This document shows positions 1 through 11,800 of a stretch of DNA of 64,000 nt, one piece after another. Origin of the DNA: Saccostrea cucullata (lineage: Eukaryota); NCBI RefSeq assembly GCF_032062105.1, contig NW_026940735.1, forward strand, positions 124,001 to 188,000, given 5' to 3'. A program made the position numbers and the translations under genes. The notes below the pieces were generated by a model. The model was not told the DNA's origin, ran no database searches, and saw only the letters and a program-made list of their open reading frames with translations. The stretch's first letter is position 1. Every line of letters begins with the position of its first letter.

Positions 1-684
1 CTAAATTCTGATTGTAATTTTAAAGGAGTTAGTATGAATTCAGGTGCATTTGTAAAAGTTTTTTTGCAAACGTTCATTATTTTATCATCGATTGCAGAAG
101 CAAACAATCTATTAATGGGTGCTTTAGAAAGTGCGTAGCGGAATATGAGTGATTTTTATCATTTGGGTTATAAAAGATTTGGTAATGGTTGTAATGGTTG
201 CATTTATAACAAATATTATTTATAATTTGGTTTAAGCTTCAAAAGTCTAATTGCTATTATGTTTGTCACTTTATTTTCATTTTCTGTCTTATAACATATA
301 TTTGTGATGCATTATAAATTCATTTATTACTGTGCAATGAGTTGAGTAATTTATTAAATGAAATGTTGTTTCCATAATAAAAAAAATGAAATTGGGCAAT
401 ATACTCTCTTATGATAAACATTTACATCGTAGTTATCTTCCTTCTAAAATTATAAAACACAGAGAGGAACATTAATGTTGTTAAGTAAAAATACAATAAA
501 TTATAATTTTACAATGTGCTGAACAGAAATTGTTATTGTTATCTACAAAAAGTGAAATGAAAAAAATTTCAAACTCAGTTTCATAAATATTCTGACGTCT
601 AAATTAGATTTTGCTATTTTAACTTCGCACTTTAGTTTTGCGTTTTTGAAAACGTCGGACATTTCGGAGTAAATGAAAACATAC

Positions 685-1334
685 CTTTAGTTTCTAATGA
701 CTGTTTAGTCTCGCCAGCATCCGCCCTTTTCCCCTCTTTTCTGATGGCATGATTGAAATTTAGCAATATCTAAAAACAACTTCTTCATAGTATAATTCAG
801 AACAGTGGCAATAACAGACCTATGATAAAGGACTGAATTTTCGTACCTTGTCATAACAACAGACATTAATTGAAATAGATTGAAAATTTCATTCTTTAAA
901 ATATGTTCTCATTTTTTCTGTGAAGGCTTACAACATGTCTTGATATTGTGACTTACTGGTGTAACCTAGTATATAACATTCCTTTTATGAAAAATATAAC
1001 ATCTCAAAATGAAAAAAGAATCAAATTCACATTTGTTTTCAACAGGCCTATCGCCAGTTGATGCAAAATTCTCTTCTATACCTTGTTTTTAACAGCTTAA
1101 ATTCATGAAAAATTTAGAAAAGGTTGTTAGTCCTGTTCCTTACTGCAATTTCAGACAGTAAAATAAATACCCGTAACTTGAAAAAATGACACGACTCACG
1201 GCCTGCCTTCTCAAGTAACGACACCGAACCGATGTCATCGTAACGAGCCGATTTAAAGTTTCTGACATCGGTACCTTCACATGTTCATTACCGTAATGAT
1301 TGTCGACTTTCAGATAGTCGTCATTCAGACTTGG
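685..1334 (-). other. Candidate exons of an unidentified gene continuing off the left edge (1334-1200, ~892-846, 769-685)
   Basis: AG/GT-bounded open segments (PSLNDDYLKVDNHYGNEHVKVP...RRQA; ILLNFNHAIRKEGKRADAGETKQSLETK). The middle segment is one base out of phase. No domain recognised. Confidence 0.3.
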
Positions 1335-2029
1335 CTAAATATACCAGCATACACGTAAAGAATACAATTCAGATAGCTTTCATATTTTCTCACTATCACA
1401 AAGGAAGCCCGAGGTTCATTCACACCTTGTGTACGAAAAATGGTAAAAACGATCTGTTTTGTTTGAAATGGGGAAAAAAGACTCATTCCTACATCATTTG
1501 CTGCCTTTTCTGAATTTAATACATAAAATATCACAATTACGCACTGTGAAAGGTATGGTCTTAGATTATCAGTGCTAGCTCCTCAGTACTCGTACATCAC
1601 AATTGTCTCTCTTTGAAGCAGAGAAGCTTCCCATAATCACATTACCATTACTTTTGTCACAAGTTGCTAATATTCTATCAAACATTTACACATTTCAAAT
1701 ATCATTTATTAATTCTCATAAACTAAAATAATGACACACATTCTCATCCCTTACACAAAACACACCGTCTCCCTCATACACCCCCTATGTCATATTATTT
1801 GAATGCAAATGAATCAAACATCGGATATGATACATTGTTCAATGTTGAGTTGATTCACATTAAAATATACCTGACTGGTGAAGGCCGGTAACACGAAATT
1901 TTAAAGGAAGTTTTAAAAAGTTTGTTTTATTCTACAACCAAAAATTTAAAGATGATAAAGCAAGTGGCGATTCAAACCCCGGCCGCAACTGCCCTTAGTC
2001 GATAAAAATAGTTATTACACACTTAGTAA

Positions 2030-2580
2030 TAAATACAGGTTTTTTGCATATGCGATATGGCTGATGTCACAATAGCCGTATCAACCCTGCAGGGCTGATA
2101 TGGATTTGCGGGGCTGATATCCGTATCAGCCCTGCAAATCCATATCAGCCCTGCAGGGCTGATACGGCTACTGTGACGTCAATATCACAACCTTAGTAAA
2201 TTAAACCACAATAACAGTACTTGTACTCATACACAATTTTTGGTGGGTTCATATTCTCTTAATTTTAACTTTTTAAAAATAAGGTAAATCTTAATTTACA
2301 AATACATGTAATACTATAGAATATTTTCAAATTACGGATCAAGTGCATTGAAATAGAAATAGAAACAAAAATTATAGACAAGATGTACATGATGTAAAGC
2401 AATGATTATTTACTTATTTTCTTCTCAACTGGTATGTAATAAATATAATAAAACATACCCTTTTCCACATCACCCTGTATCAGCCCTCCCAATATCAGCC
2501 CTCGGGCCTTGCCCCTTGATATTGGTGTCTCGGGCTGATACAGGATGTGATATGGAAAAGGGTATGTATTATTCTCTATG
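2030..2580. mobile_element. Non-autonomous element with two long terminal palindromes (Crypton-like)
   Basis: 58-bp-arm palindrome at 2062-2181 and a second imperfect palindrome at ~2447-2572, both built from TATCAGCCC/GGGCTGATA motifs. Family assignment is from recall of similar elements only. Confidence 0.55.
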
Positions 2581-2949
2581 TAGCAACTCCTTATATGTGT
2601 GAAAATTCTCGAAAGGGGCATACTACATGTAGTAATCAGTTAATATTTTGTCATGTAGTTTGCATACAAAGTCTTTGTACTGACCATGAATTGTATATTA
2701 TTTGCATTATTGAACGTAAATTATCGAAATCAAACAGTAGGACAGTATTTTTTGCTGATGTATTTTCACACGAGTGACAATTTATACATGTATTTTAAAA
2801 ATAAATAATTTTCTGTCCACAAATTTTTTGTTTCATTACGTACACTGTCTCAGAAGCCCCTTCCTAAAAGATGGAGCATCATATAATAACAATTGTGAAA
2901 TTGAAAACATTGTAAACACGAAGTTCAAGAACAAATGGGTATTATGTAG

Positions 2950-4215
2950 GTTCGTGTTTGCTCTGCTCCTATTTTGTATTGTTTTATGAATTTTGGATCT
3001 TGAATACTGTTCGTTATCTCCATATGTTTCAAATCAATAGTTTTAGTCTTCTCTTGCAGAATGGTTTGTTTAATCTTGATTTTGATTCTGAAAATGGTAA
3101 TCTTACTTATATTTATAGTTCCCTTTCCAATGGGGAAGTTCTTCAAAATCGCATGTAATTTTGTTTTAATATCTTAATATTACCAACAATCAAAATGAAT
3201 TTGAATCGCCATACCTTTACTGGATTTATAAATTTGATAAAATCCTTACAAACGGACTTATAAAGCGAGTTCTAGAAAATTATTCTGCAAAGCCTATTTC
3301 TTTACTCCTCATTAAGATATTCACAACATTGAAGGAAAAAACCTTCTTGAGTCCCGAATAACAATATATATTCGGAGAAAATCAGATGTGGATACTACAA
3401 AAAAATCCAAAGAACTTTTAGAAAATTTGAAATCACAAAGTTTCACTAAAATCATTGATATTAAAACGTATTTTTCGACACTTCATACAATTATTTTCCG
3501 CAATACACTTTATTTCATGTTTTTGACATCGATATCACTGACAGCAGGTTCTTTTTCCCAATCAAGTGAAACTCGTATATTTCATTATCTTATCATTGGT
3601 CATTTGCAAAATTATTTTGTTAAATGCATACAAGTACTCCGAAGCTGATATTAAAAGGATGCTTGAATTTTAATTGACAATTTCTTTGTAGTTCTTGGAG
3701 TCTTCCACATCTGTTGGAGTTCATCTTCCATTATTATTTCTATCGTCAGATTCCCTTATTTATGTAATACCATTATTACCTGCATATGGATTTTGTGTCT
3801 CCAAGTAAATTAGATACGCAAGAGTATGCTCTTTGTAAGAACAATTTCTGAAACAAAGCCAGCTTATAACAAATAGGGATTAACAGTCCCAATTAAGTCA
3901 ATTCTTTGCAAGTTCTTTGGTAGATATATTGACCTTGTCAGCAAAACGTCAAATACTGACTGACGTTTTTCTTGAAAATTATTAGGCTATTTCTTTCTAA
4001 AGTTTTTACGGGTTAAATCGAACATGACAAAGAGAACATGGCGGGTGTGAACGGTCGACGGGGATACTTTACTCCTCAATATCACCTGATCCTCATGTTG
4101 CTCCGTTCCTGAGATTTCAACGGACTTCTATGATCATTATTGGTGTTTGTTATCTTCATAATTCTTAGTCACTTTTGATCTTGAATACTGTTTGTTTTCT
4201 CCATATGTTTCATTC
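2950..4215 (+). mobile_element. Decayed Naiad (Penelope-like) retroelement, 5'-truncated, with a pseudo-LTR-like duplicated 3' end
   Basis: Fragments such as KSKELLENLKSQSFTKI..IKTYFSTLHT match the RT of the copy at 16190-19490. The 3' terminal sequence GATCTTGAATACTGTT..CTCCATATGTTTC occurs at ~2996 and ~4177. Confidence 0.8.
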
Positions 4216-4669
4216 TTTCTATGTTATAAAAGAGAATAAAATTTTTTTTTTGCATTATTTTTCGTAAAGGGAAGGGAAATTGAGGAATTTGCGGTACTTC
4301 TGATATTCTTTGAATCTGTTTAAAGATATCAATAAATAAATAGCAGTACTTCATTGTTGTAAATGTAATAAAATTTTGCAAAATACATTTTTCAACTTTC
4401 AGGCCTCCAAAAAATTGCTGCTCATGTTGCTAAAAATAATAAGACTGTCACCTTTTTATATGAACACAGTACGGTTACATCAGTCCATCAAAGGTGGCAT
4501 ATTTGTAATAAGCTACAGTTACACGGTATACTCTTGTGCTTGACAAGCACTTACCAATACCAGTAGGAATCAGCGTCATGCATTTTGTATGCCACATAAT
4601 CCTCCGAAGATCGGATTAAATAGGATTTTCTTAATTGGAAATGCCCTTGATAATGAATGGTATAAATAC

Positions 4670-4849
4670 CTGCAGGGAGGTAATCATCATGTCTCTACAA
4701 TTACATGGACCCCAGGGCTTTTTCAATATTAAAGTTTCAGACCAATTTGTGCAGGGAGGTTTACAAGGCAACAGTGCAAAATATAAACTGATGGGTTCTA
4801 TAGTTCTGATTAAAATTGCTACCTTATTTGAATGTATCAAAGTTGATAT
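4670..4849 (-). pseudogene. Isolated exon-like segment, weakly similar to the FCGBP/IgGFc-binding N-terminal region
   Basis: 180 nt bounded by TTTAG| and |GTATTT, translating ISTLIHSNKVAILIRTIEPISLYFALLPCKPPC...; no partner exons found. Confidence 0.25.
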
Positions 4850-5766
4850 CTAAAGATGAGGAATTATCAATATACATTTACGATCCTCCGAAAAGTCACT
4901 TGAAAACCTCTCTGAAGTATTTATCAAAGTCACCAATTAATGTTATGATAGAAAAAAATTACGCAATATGAGCTGCAACTTTCATGTCGGAATTTTTTGT
5001 GCAAATTTTAAATAATTATTGCAATGATATCGATAGAAAAAAAATAACATTAATAAACGTCTGTTGTTCATATTTGCCACGGTTCAAGAACTATTTTAAG
5101 CTTCGATTGAATCAAAATTACATTATTGTCGTCCTTTACACATAATGTTTATTCTCTATCATTAATTTATCAATAATCATTATTGTAAAGGACGACAATT
5201 ATGATTTCTTAATATATAAACCTGTATATTGGATAGTATATAGAAGAACCACTGGGCCAGGAAAATTGAAACTCATCTAAGCATCCTCTTGTAGTGAAGA
5301 TTCAGGTTTGTTCTGCATTATTTTAGTCTAATTCATTATAAAGGTTTAAGTTACATAGAAATTCATCATGTTAACACATTTTAATAGCTAAATAATTTTT
5401 TTCAAAAATGCATCTCATATTGCTTTAAAACTTGAAGATTTAGATTAAATCTCTTCTAAGATGCATTTCTTAAAACACAATGCCAAAATTATAAGAACAT
5501 TTTCTGCACGTTCCCAGACATCCCTAAGACTAGCTCAGTCTTAATTTGAGTGTTGTATTTTGGAATTAGAAAGAACGGTATTCATTAGAATAAAATTAAA
5601 CAATTTCAAAACGCACATTTATTGAAGATCCATTACCAAACCAATTTTACGTTGATTCATAAGGAATGCAAAATAGTGTGACGACAATCAAAAATATTAT
5701 GATTGTGAAATTTAATCAGCAATGAATTGTTTAAAATTTTATCAAAGCATCGTATTTTTTCATCCA

Positions 5767-7208
5767 TCAAGGTCGAAACTGACGATAGGGGGCGACTCTT
5801 GACAAGGATATTCCGACTCTTGAAGGCCGTACCCCGCCGTCATATAGATAATTGACACCGTCTCCGATCCTGTAATATGGGATTATATAACTCGGTCGTC
5901 TTCCGGGTCGATGCCAACTGTAAATGGACCGTCGGTCAATTGTCATCAAATTGTCTCTGCTGAAAGGCAGGGATTCCGCGCGTGCCCAGTCTATATTTGG
6001 ATCGGTTGGAACGAGAGATCGTTTGTCCTCCAGGAGGATGTCGCCATCTTCTAAATCTTCCACGTCCACTGGATAAGTACCTGTATGTAGAGGCCGTAAA
6101 TCATCAGTAACGCATAATGTAGATTCTTCACAACTGTATATCATGCATTGCCATGTATGATTAATATAAATGTACGATTAATTATACAGGAATCTCTATA
6201 AACAGTCGTTTGCTCATTGTAGGAAAGAACCGGAGAATTGCAAAGGCAGACCTCGCTATTTAAGCTCCTCTGAAATTGTGTACGAGGCAAAAATTTACAA
6301 ATATTCATAAGATAGAAAAAAAATCATATCTCTCAGAAGTTAAAGAAAATTCCCGCGCCATCTCATATAAAAGTATTTTGAACTATTTAAATAGAATTTG
6401 AAATTACAATCATAAAGTGTCAGGAAGGTATCTAAAAACATTTTTAGCTTTTTTTCAATATTAAAGGGTTATACCTACTTGATTTTTTTTTTAATTCTAT
6501 CTATTCTTTCCATTATTACCAGCACACTTTTAAACAACATTTCTTACATTTGAATTTCACTCGTAAAATTTTGTAACAAGGTATACTTTCTACATGCGAA
6601 TGTTGCATGGGTGTTTTTAGTATGTTTTTTGAAAATACTCAGATTTAAAGTAATAGCTATCATCTTGTTTAACATTTAATAAGTTAAACGATTCTCAGAA
6701 TTCCATATTAATAGAATATTGGAAGGTCAACAGAAATCATCTAAGTGGTTCACCAAAAAAAAAAAAGAATTATGATTTTTCTAGCCCTTGACTATGTAAT
6801 GGTAAAAATAATAAAAAGAAACTTCTTCTAGATCTATAATTAATGTAAATTCCAATATCTTTACACAGAACTTTTATTTTCAAAAAGGTTTAATTCGTCT
6901 TAGTCTGGCCACGACCAACTATTTTGAATTATATTAAGGCAGGAAAAGATTAAAGCTAAAAGCATGTCAATATTGACCTTTTGACAAAAATCTGAGTTAT
7001 TCAATGAATTATATCCTAAGGTTATTTTATTTTCCCATTCCCAAGTTTAGGTACTGGAAAGGAAGTTTTCATTAATTTAATTTTTAAATAAATGGCGAGA
7101 TATATAGCATAAACTCCCAGAGAAAAGATAGAGGCAAAAATTCTTACTTGCAAAGTCTGCTAAACCAAATAGAATCACTACAATCCAAAAATAAGAGTGG
7201 TATCTCAT
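5767..7208 (-). CDS. Putative secreted protein: signal peptide, 6-Cys segment, Arg/Tyr/Gly/Pro-rich tail; frameshifted as given
   Basis: Exon 7208-7148 encodes MRYHSYFWIVVILFGLADFA then GTAAG. The exon from ~6269 (TTTCAG|) reads RSLNSEVCLCNSP...DSCIINRT and joins ORF 5767-6144 via a 1-nt shift at ~6169. AATAAA at 5618-5623. The exon 1/2 phase does not close. Confidence 0.55.
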
Positions 7209-8124
7209 CCTGATATGTCTAAGATTATAAAGCGGATATGAATCCTATTTAGTTGTGCTCCAGCGTTAATAAAAACGATTGCTATTCACTGTAAAGTCAA
7301 GGAAAATGACTTTGGCGACCATCGTCAGTTCATCCTTGCTATAGTTTTGTCTATTGTATTTGTGGGCGATCTGCTTGCGCTCGCGGTATTTGTATTAGTA
7401 TACAGCCTTGCGCGTTAGAGTGAAGAGCAATGAAAATATTTCGTCATTAAATTGGTTTATATGAACGGGTAATGCAGCGAGGATTCTGAATATCAATATT
7501 AAAAGACATGGGAAATAAATAATTGCTTGCTCTATGTTTCAGTGGTTAAATACATAGGTGTTATTTGTTTTTCGTGGTTTTTAGGGAGATATATATTGGA
7601 TCCCGGTTCCTGAAAAGTAATCCCTGAGATTTACTCGATAACCTCCCAATCAATTTTCTATGTATTATAGAATAAAACAAAGTGTACAATTTCGTGTAAC
7701 CCATCTATTGTGATAAATGTCACGATCAAAAGTTTACTCAACTCGGCGCAATTTAATGTGATGTGGGACAAATTAACAGTTCATTTGAGAGTTTAAAAAA
7801 GGGGAAGACAGTCAGCATTCGACTTAATGATGTATATTTTTTATGCTTACAGGGTCATTGTATCGACCATAGGATTTGCGAAATGCTTTAAACGAGATTG
7901 TTTATATCCTGAATCATCAACTTCTTTGTCGTTAGCATGCCTTATTAAAAATTATCCGTACGTAGAACATACTTTTGCGTATCGAATCCATTGGAAGTCA
8001 TACTTAGTAAACTCAATATGCAGGGGATAAGAGTATTTTGCCACAAAGTTGACTGTAGGAAAGTTGAGTCATCATGTTTATCATGAAGTTTTGTCGTTAA
8101 GTTACCATTCATATCTTTTTCTAG

Positions 8125-8741
8125 TGTAACGGAAATAGATAATTAAGGGAAGGAGACGGGGCGTTCCGAAGGGACCCTGAGCTCGTAAAACGCCGAGTGC
8201 CCAGACATTCCGAGTGGGTATGTCACGTGATATACTCATAGTATATATAAGGCGTCGAGACTCGATAGAGTCAGTTTCTGATGCAGTTACTGATGCGATA
8301 GAGTGCTAGAGAAGAAGTCCGGTAGTCCTATATAGTTTGAGATAGACAATAGCGGTAAGTCTGTTCGTAAGTCATGATTGCTATGCGATGTGCAGAACAG
8401 TTTTTACCCAGTAGTATGTAACAGTCTACGTGAGCGTTGCATAAACGGACTTTCTTTATTAATCTAAGAGTAACCTGTCGCTTCTGGGAGAAGCGACGCG
8501 CTGGCGCTTTGGTTGTTACTTTGGGCGCTTCTCGAAGTCACTGCGGACTTAGAAGCCTAACAGATTAGGAGGCGATTTAATCATTTCGTTTATTTGCGTG
8601 CTAGGGAAGCACCCGATATTTGTATATTTTGCATCTGTATATAAGTTCCATTCAACAATCAAATTCCTCAGCAAGGTATCTGAGGGGGCCCTAGACCCTG
8701 AGAAAAATCATATAGTATATGTGTTAGGCAAACACGTTACA
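8125..8741 (+). repeat. 5' LTR
   Basis: No differences from 14023-14639 found by eye; TG...CA ends; TATATAA at ~8244. Confidence 0.97.
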
Positions 8742-8746
8742 GAAAA

Positions 8747-8764
8747 TGGCGCCCAACGTGGGGC
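8747..8764 (+). promoter_or_regulatory. Primer-binding site, tRNA-Lys(CUU)
   Basis: TGGCGCCCAACGTGGGGC, the standard 18-nt Lys1,2 PBS, 5 nt after the LTR. Confidence 0.93.
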
Positions 8765-8860
8765 CTTGATTTGGTTGCTTGATTGAATTTAAAAAAAAAG
8801 AGTTAACTTCATATATTTCTTATGTTTCATTATTTGTAAAGTTTCGTTGCTTTAATAAAA

Positions 8861-11800
8861 ATGTCGAGCTTAGACGAAGAAATAGCAAGGTTGGAAGCCG
8901 AAATTACACGTTTAGGAAGGAAGACGCTTGAGAATTCTGAATTATCCTCGTACAATCATGATCAGAAAACGTCTACTCCAGCTAGTATAAGAACAACCAC
9001 GGCCCGTAGAAGCGACTCTGGAATAATGACTCAAAGTCCTATAGAAGATGTTAACCAAGCTTCGGCCAAAATCCAGAGTGAAACACCAAGAATTGACAAT
9101 TTAGAACAAGAGCCCATTTTAAGAAGCGACACACCTATCGTTGCCAGAGAGGATGAACCAGGTGTAACTGTCAGACTACGGCGCTTTCTTGAAAATATCA
9201 AGACTGACGAAGCAAAACCAAAGGAACTGAATTCTGTAAAGAAGCCATCTAATTATATTAAACCAGCTACGTATGACGGGACTGGGTCGTGGCTTGATTA
9301 TAAATCACACTTTGAGGCGTGCTCTTCATTGAATGGTTGGAGCGTTAGAGAAAAGGGTCTTTATTTAGCAGTCTCTTTGAGGGGACAAGCACAGGGAGTG
9401 CTTGGGAATTTGAGTAGAGATGATGGAAGGAACTATGATGAACTGATTAAGGCGCTTGAGGATCGTTTTGCCCCTGCAAACCAGACAGAACTATACAGAG
9501 TTCAACTACGAGAACGAAGACAGAAAGCGACGGAGACGCTCCCAGAATTAGGACAGTCAATTCGGAGGCTAACACATCTCGCCTATCCTACAGCACCAAA
9601 CGACGTTCAGGAGACTTTATCTAAGGAACAGTTTATCGATGCTTTGGTTGATGCAGACATGCGTCTTAGAATTAAACAAGCTAGACCCCAGAGCTTGAAC
9701 GACGCTATAAGGCTAGCGGCTGAATTAGAAGCCTTTGTCAGAGCTGACTCCAGAAGATCGGAATACAAGTCACACTTGCGCGTAGTTACAGAAACGGATC
9801 ACGATAAGGCTCAGTTCAAATCCCAGATAAATACCGACGAGCTGACCAAAACTCTTAGAGATTTGCAAAGTTCTGTTATGGAACTTAAGACAGAAATGCG
9901 TGAAATGAAAAATAAGTCACCTAGCTCAATGAACTGGACGGATCGCAATGACAAGAAGCCACGGCAACCTTCAAGAACAATAAAGTGCTACAATTGTCGT
10001 AAAGAAGGACACATAAGCAAACATTGTCCTTCGAAGCAGCTAAACGAAACAACAAAGAAGTTTGGCAAAAGCTCTAAAGCACCGGGTCATGGTTCTGGTT
10101 CTGCTCAGACAGTTAGAACACAACGTAAGCTGCAGCCAATTGCTTACAATAGACCCAGTGAGGCTGGAATGTATCTCTCAGCTAAAATAGAAGATGTAGA
10201 CACAAAAATGTTGATCGATACAGGAGCAACCGTTACGCTCATTGCAAAGAATGTCTTCAGTGAAATTCAAAAGGTTCATCAAAATCTTGTTTTGGATAGT
10301 ATGCACCAAGACATAATGTCTGCTGAAGGTAGACCTCTAAAACTTTTTGGCAAAGCTACATTAACCTTAACAATCGGTTCGAGTAACTTTGTGAGAACGG
10401 TGGTGGTCGCTGATATAACAGTGGATGGAATCCTGGGTCTGGATTTCATGAATGAACAAAATTGCACGTTAGACGTCTCCAAGAAAGTAATGTCAATAAA
10501 TGGTGAACATTATTCTTTATTACTTCAAGGTATGCTAGGATGTTATCGGGTGGTGGCTTCAGAATCGTTCACTATACCACCAAGAAGTGAAATGATTGCA
10601 AGCTGTGACGTATGCGTACCAGAGGGCAAGAACCTTCCAAGTGGATATGGTGTTGTAGAGCCAAGGAATTGTTTGCTAGATTCAAATAAAGGTTTGGTTG
10701 GCAGAACTCTGGTGAGCAATCATAATAAGGTTCCAATACGAGTTATGAATCTATCGACCGATGCACAGACGATTTATAAGGGAACAAATATGGGACAGCT
10801 TAGCCCCGTGGTAAAGATATTAGAAGGAGAAAATCAAGATAGCGGTCATAAGAAACCTTTTTCAAAAGAGCTGCAGGTCTTAAGTGAAAAGTCAAAAACG
10901 TGCTTAAACCAAAAACAGAAGACTGAAGTAGATAACCTGTTATCCAGATATGCTTTTCTGTTTGCTGGTTCGGATGATGGACTTGGCAGAACAAATGTTG
11001 TCAAGCATTGTATCGACACGGGAGACGCACGCCCAATAAAACAGCCACCAAGACGGTTACCGGTACACATGAGAGAAGAAGCAGATAGGTTGGTGGACGA
11101 TATGCTTGAGAGGGATGTAATTGAACCTTCGTCTAGTCCGTGGGCCTCGGGTATCGTTCTAGTGAAGAAGAAGGATGGATCAACTCGATTTTGTATCGAT
11201 TATAGGCAATTAAACGCGGTTACTTTGAAAGATGCTTACCCTCTTCCGAGGATCGACGACGTGTTAGGTAGTCTAAGTGGTGCTTCGTGGTTTTCAACTC
11301 TCGACTTGGCTATGGGATACTGGCAGGTGGAAATGGAGACCAGTGACAAAATAAAGACTGCTTTTGCCACCAGAAAAGGATTGTATCAATTTAAAGTAAT
11401 GCCCTTCGGCTTGTGCAATGCCGGAGCGACATTTGAAAGATTGATGGAGACAGTCCTTGCAGGGTTGAATTGGGAAATATGTTTGATTTACTTGGACGAT
11501 ATCATCGTCATTAGTAAGACATTTGAGGGCATGGTAGAGAACCTGAGCAAAGTGTTCAACCGATTGGCAAATGCAGGGTTGAAACTGAAGACCAAGAAGT
11601 GTTCCTTGTTTTGCAAGTCTGTAGAATATCTCGGACACATAATTTCCGAGAAAGGTATTACTACGGATCCAAAGAAGATTGAGGCGATTAAGGAAATGTC
11701 AGTGCCAGCCAATGTGAGTGAGCTACGTTCATTCCTGGGTATATGTAGCTACTACAGGAAGTTTGTGAAAGACTTTGCGAGCATAGCAAAACCCCTTCAC

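Noticed and set aside
8598-8786. LTR ORF (also 14496-14681) and antisense ORFs within pol
   Set aside because: Short, non-ATG or shadow frames with no recognisable motifs.
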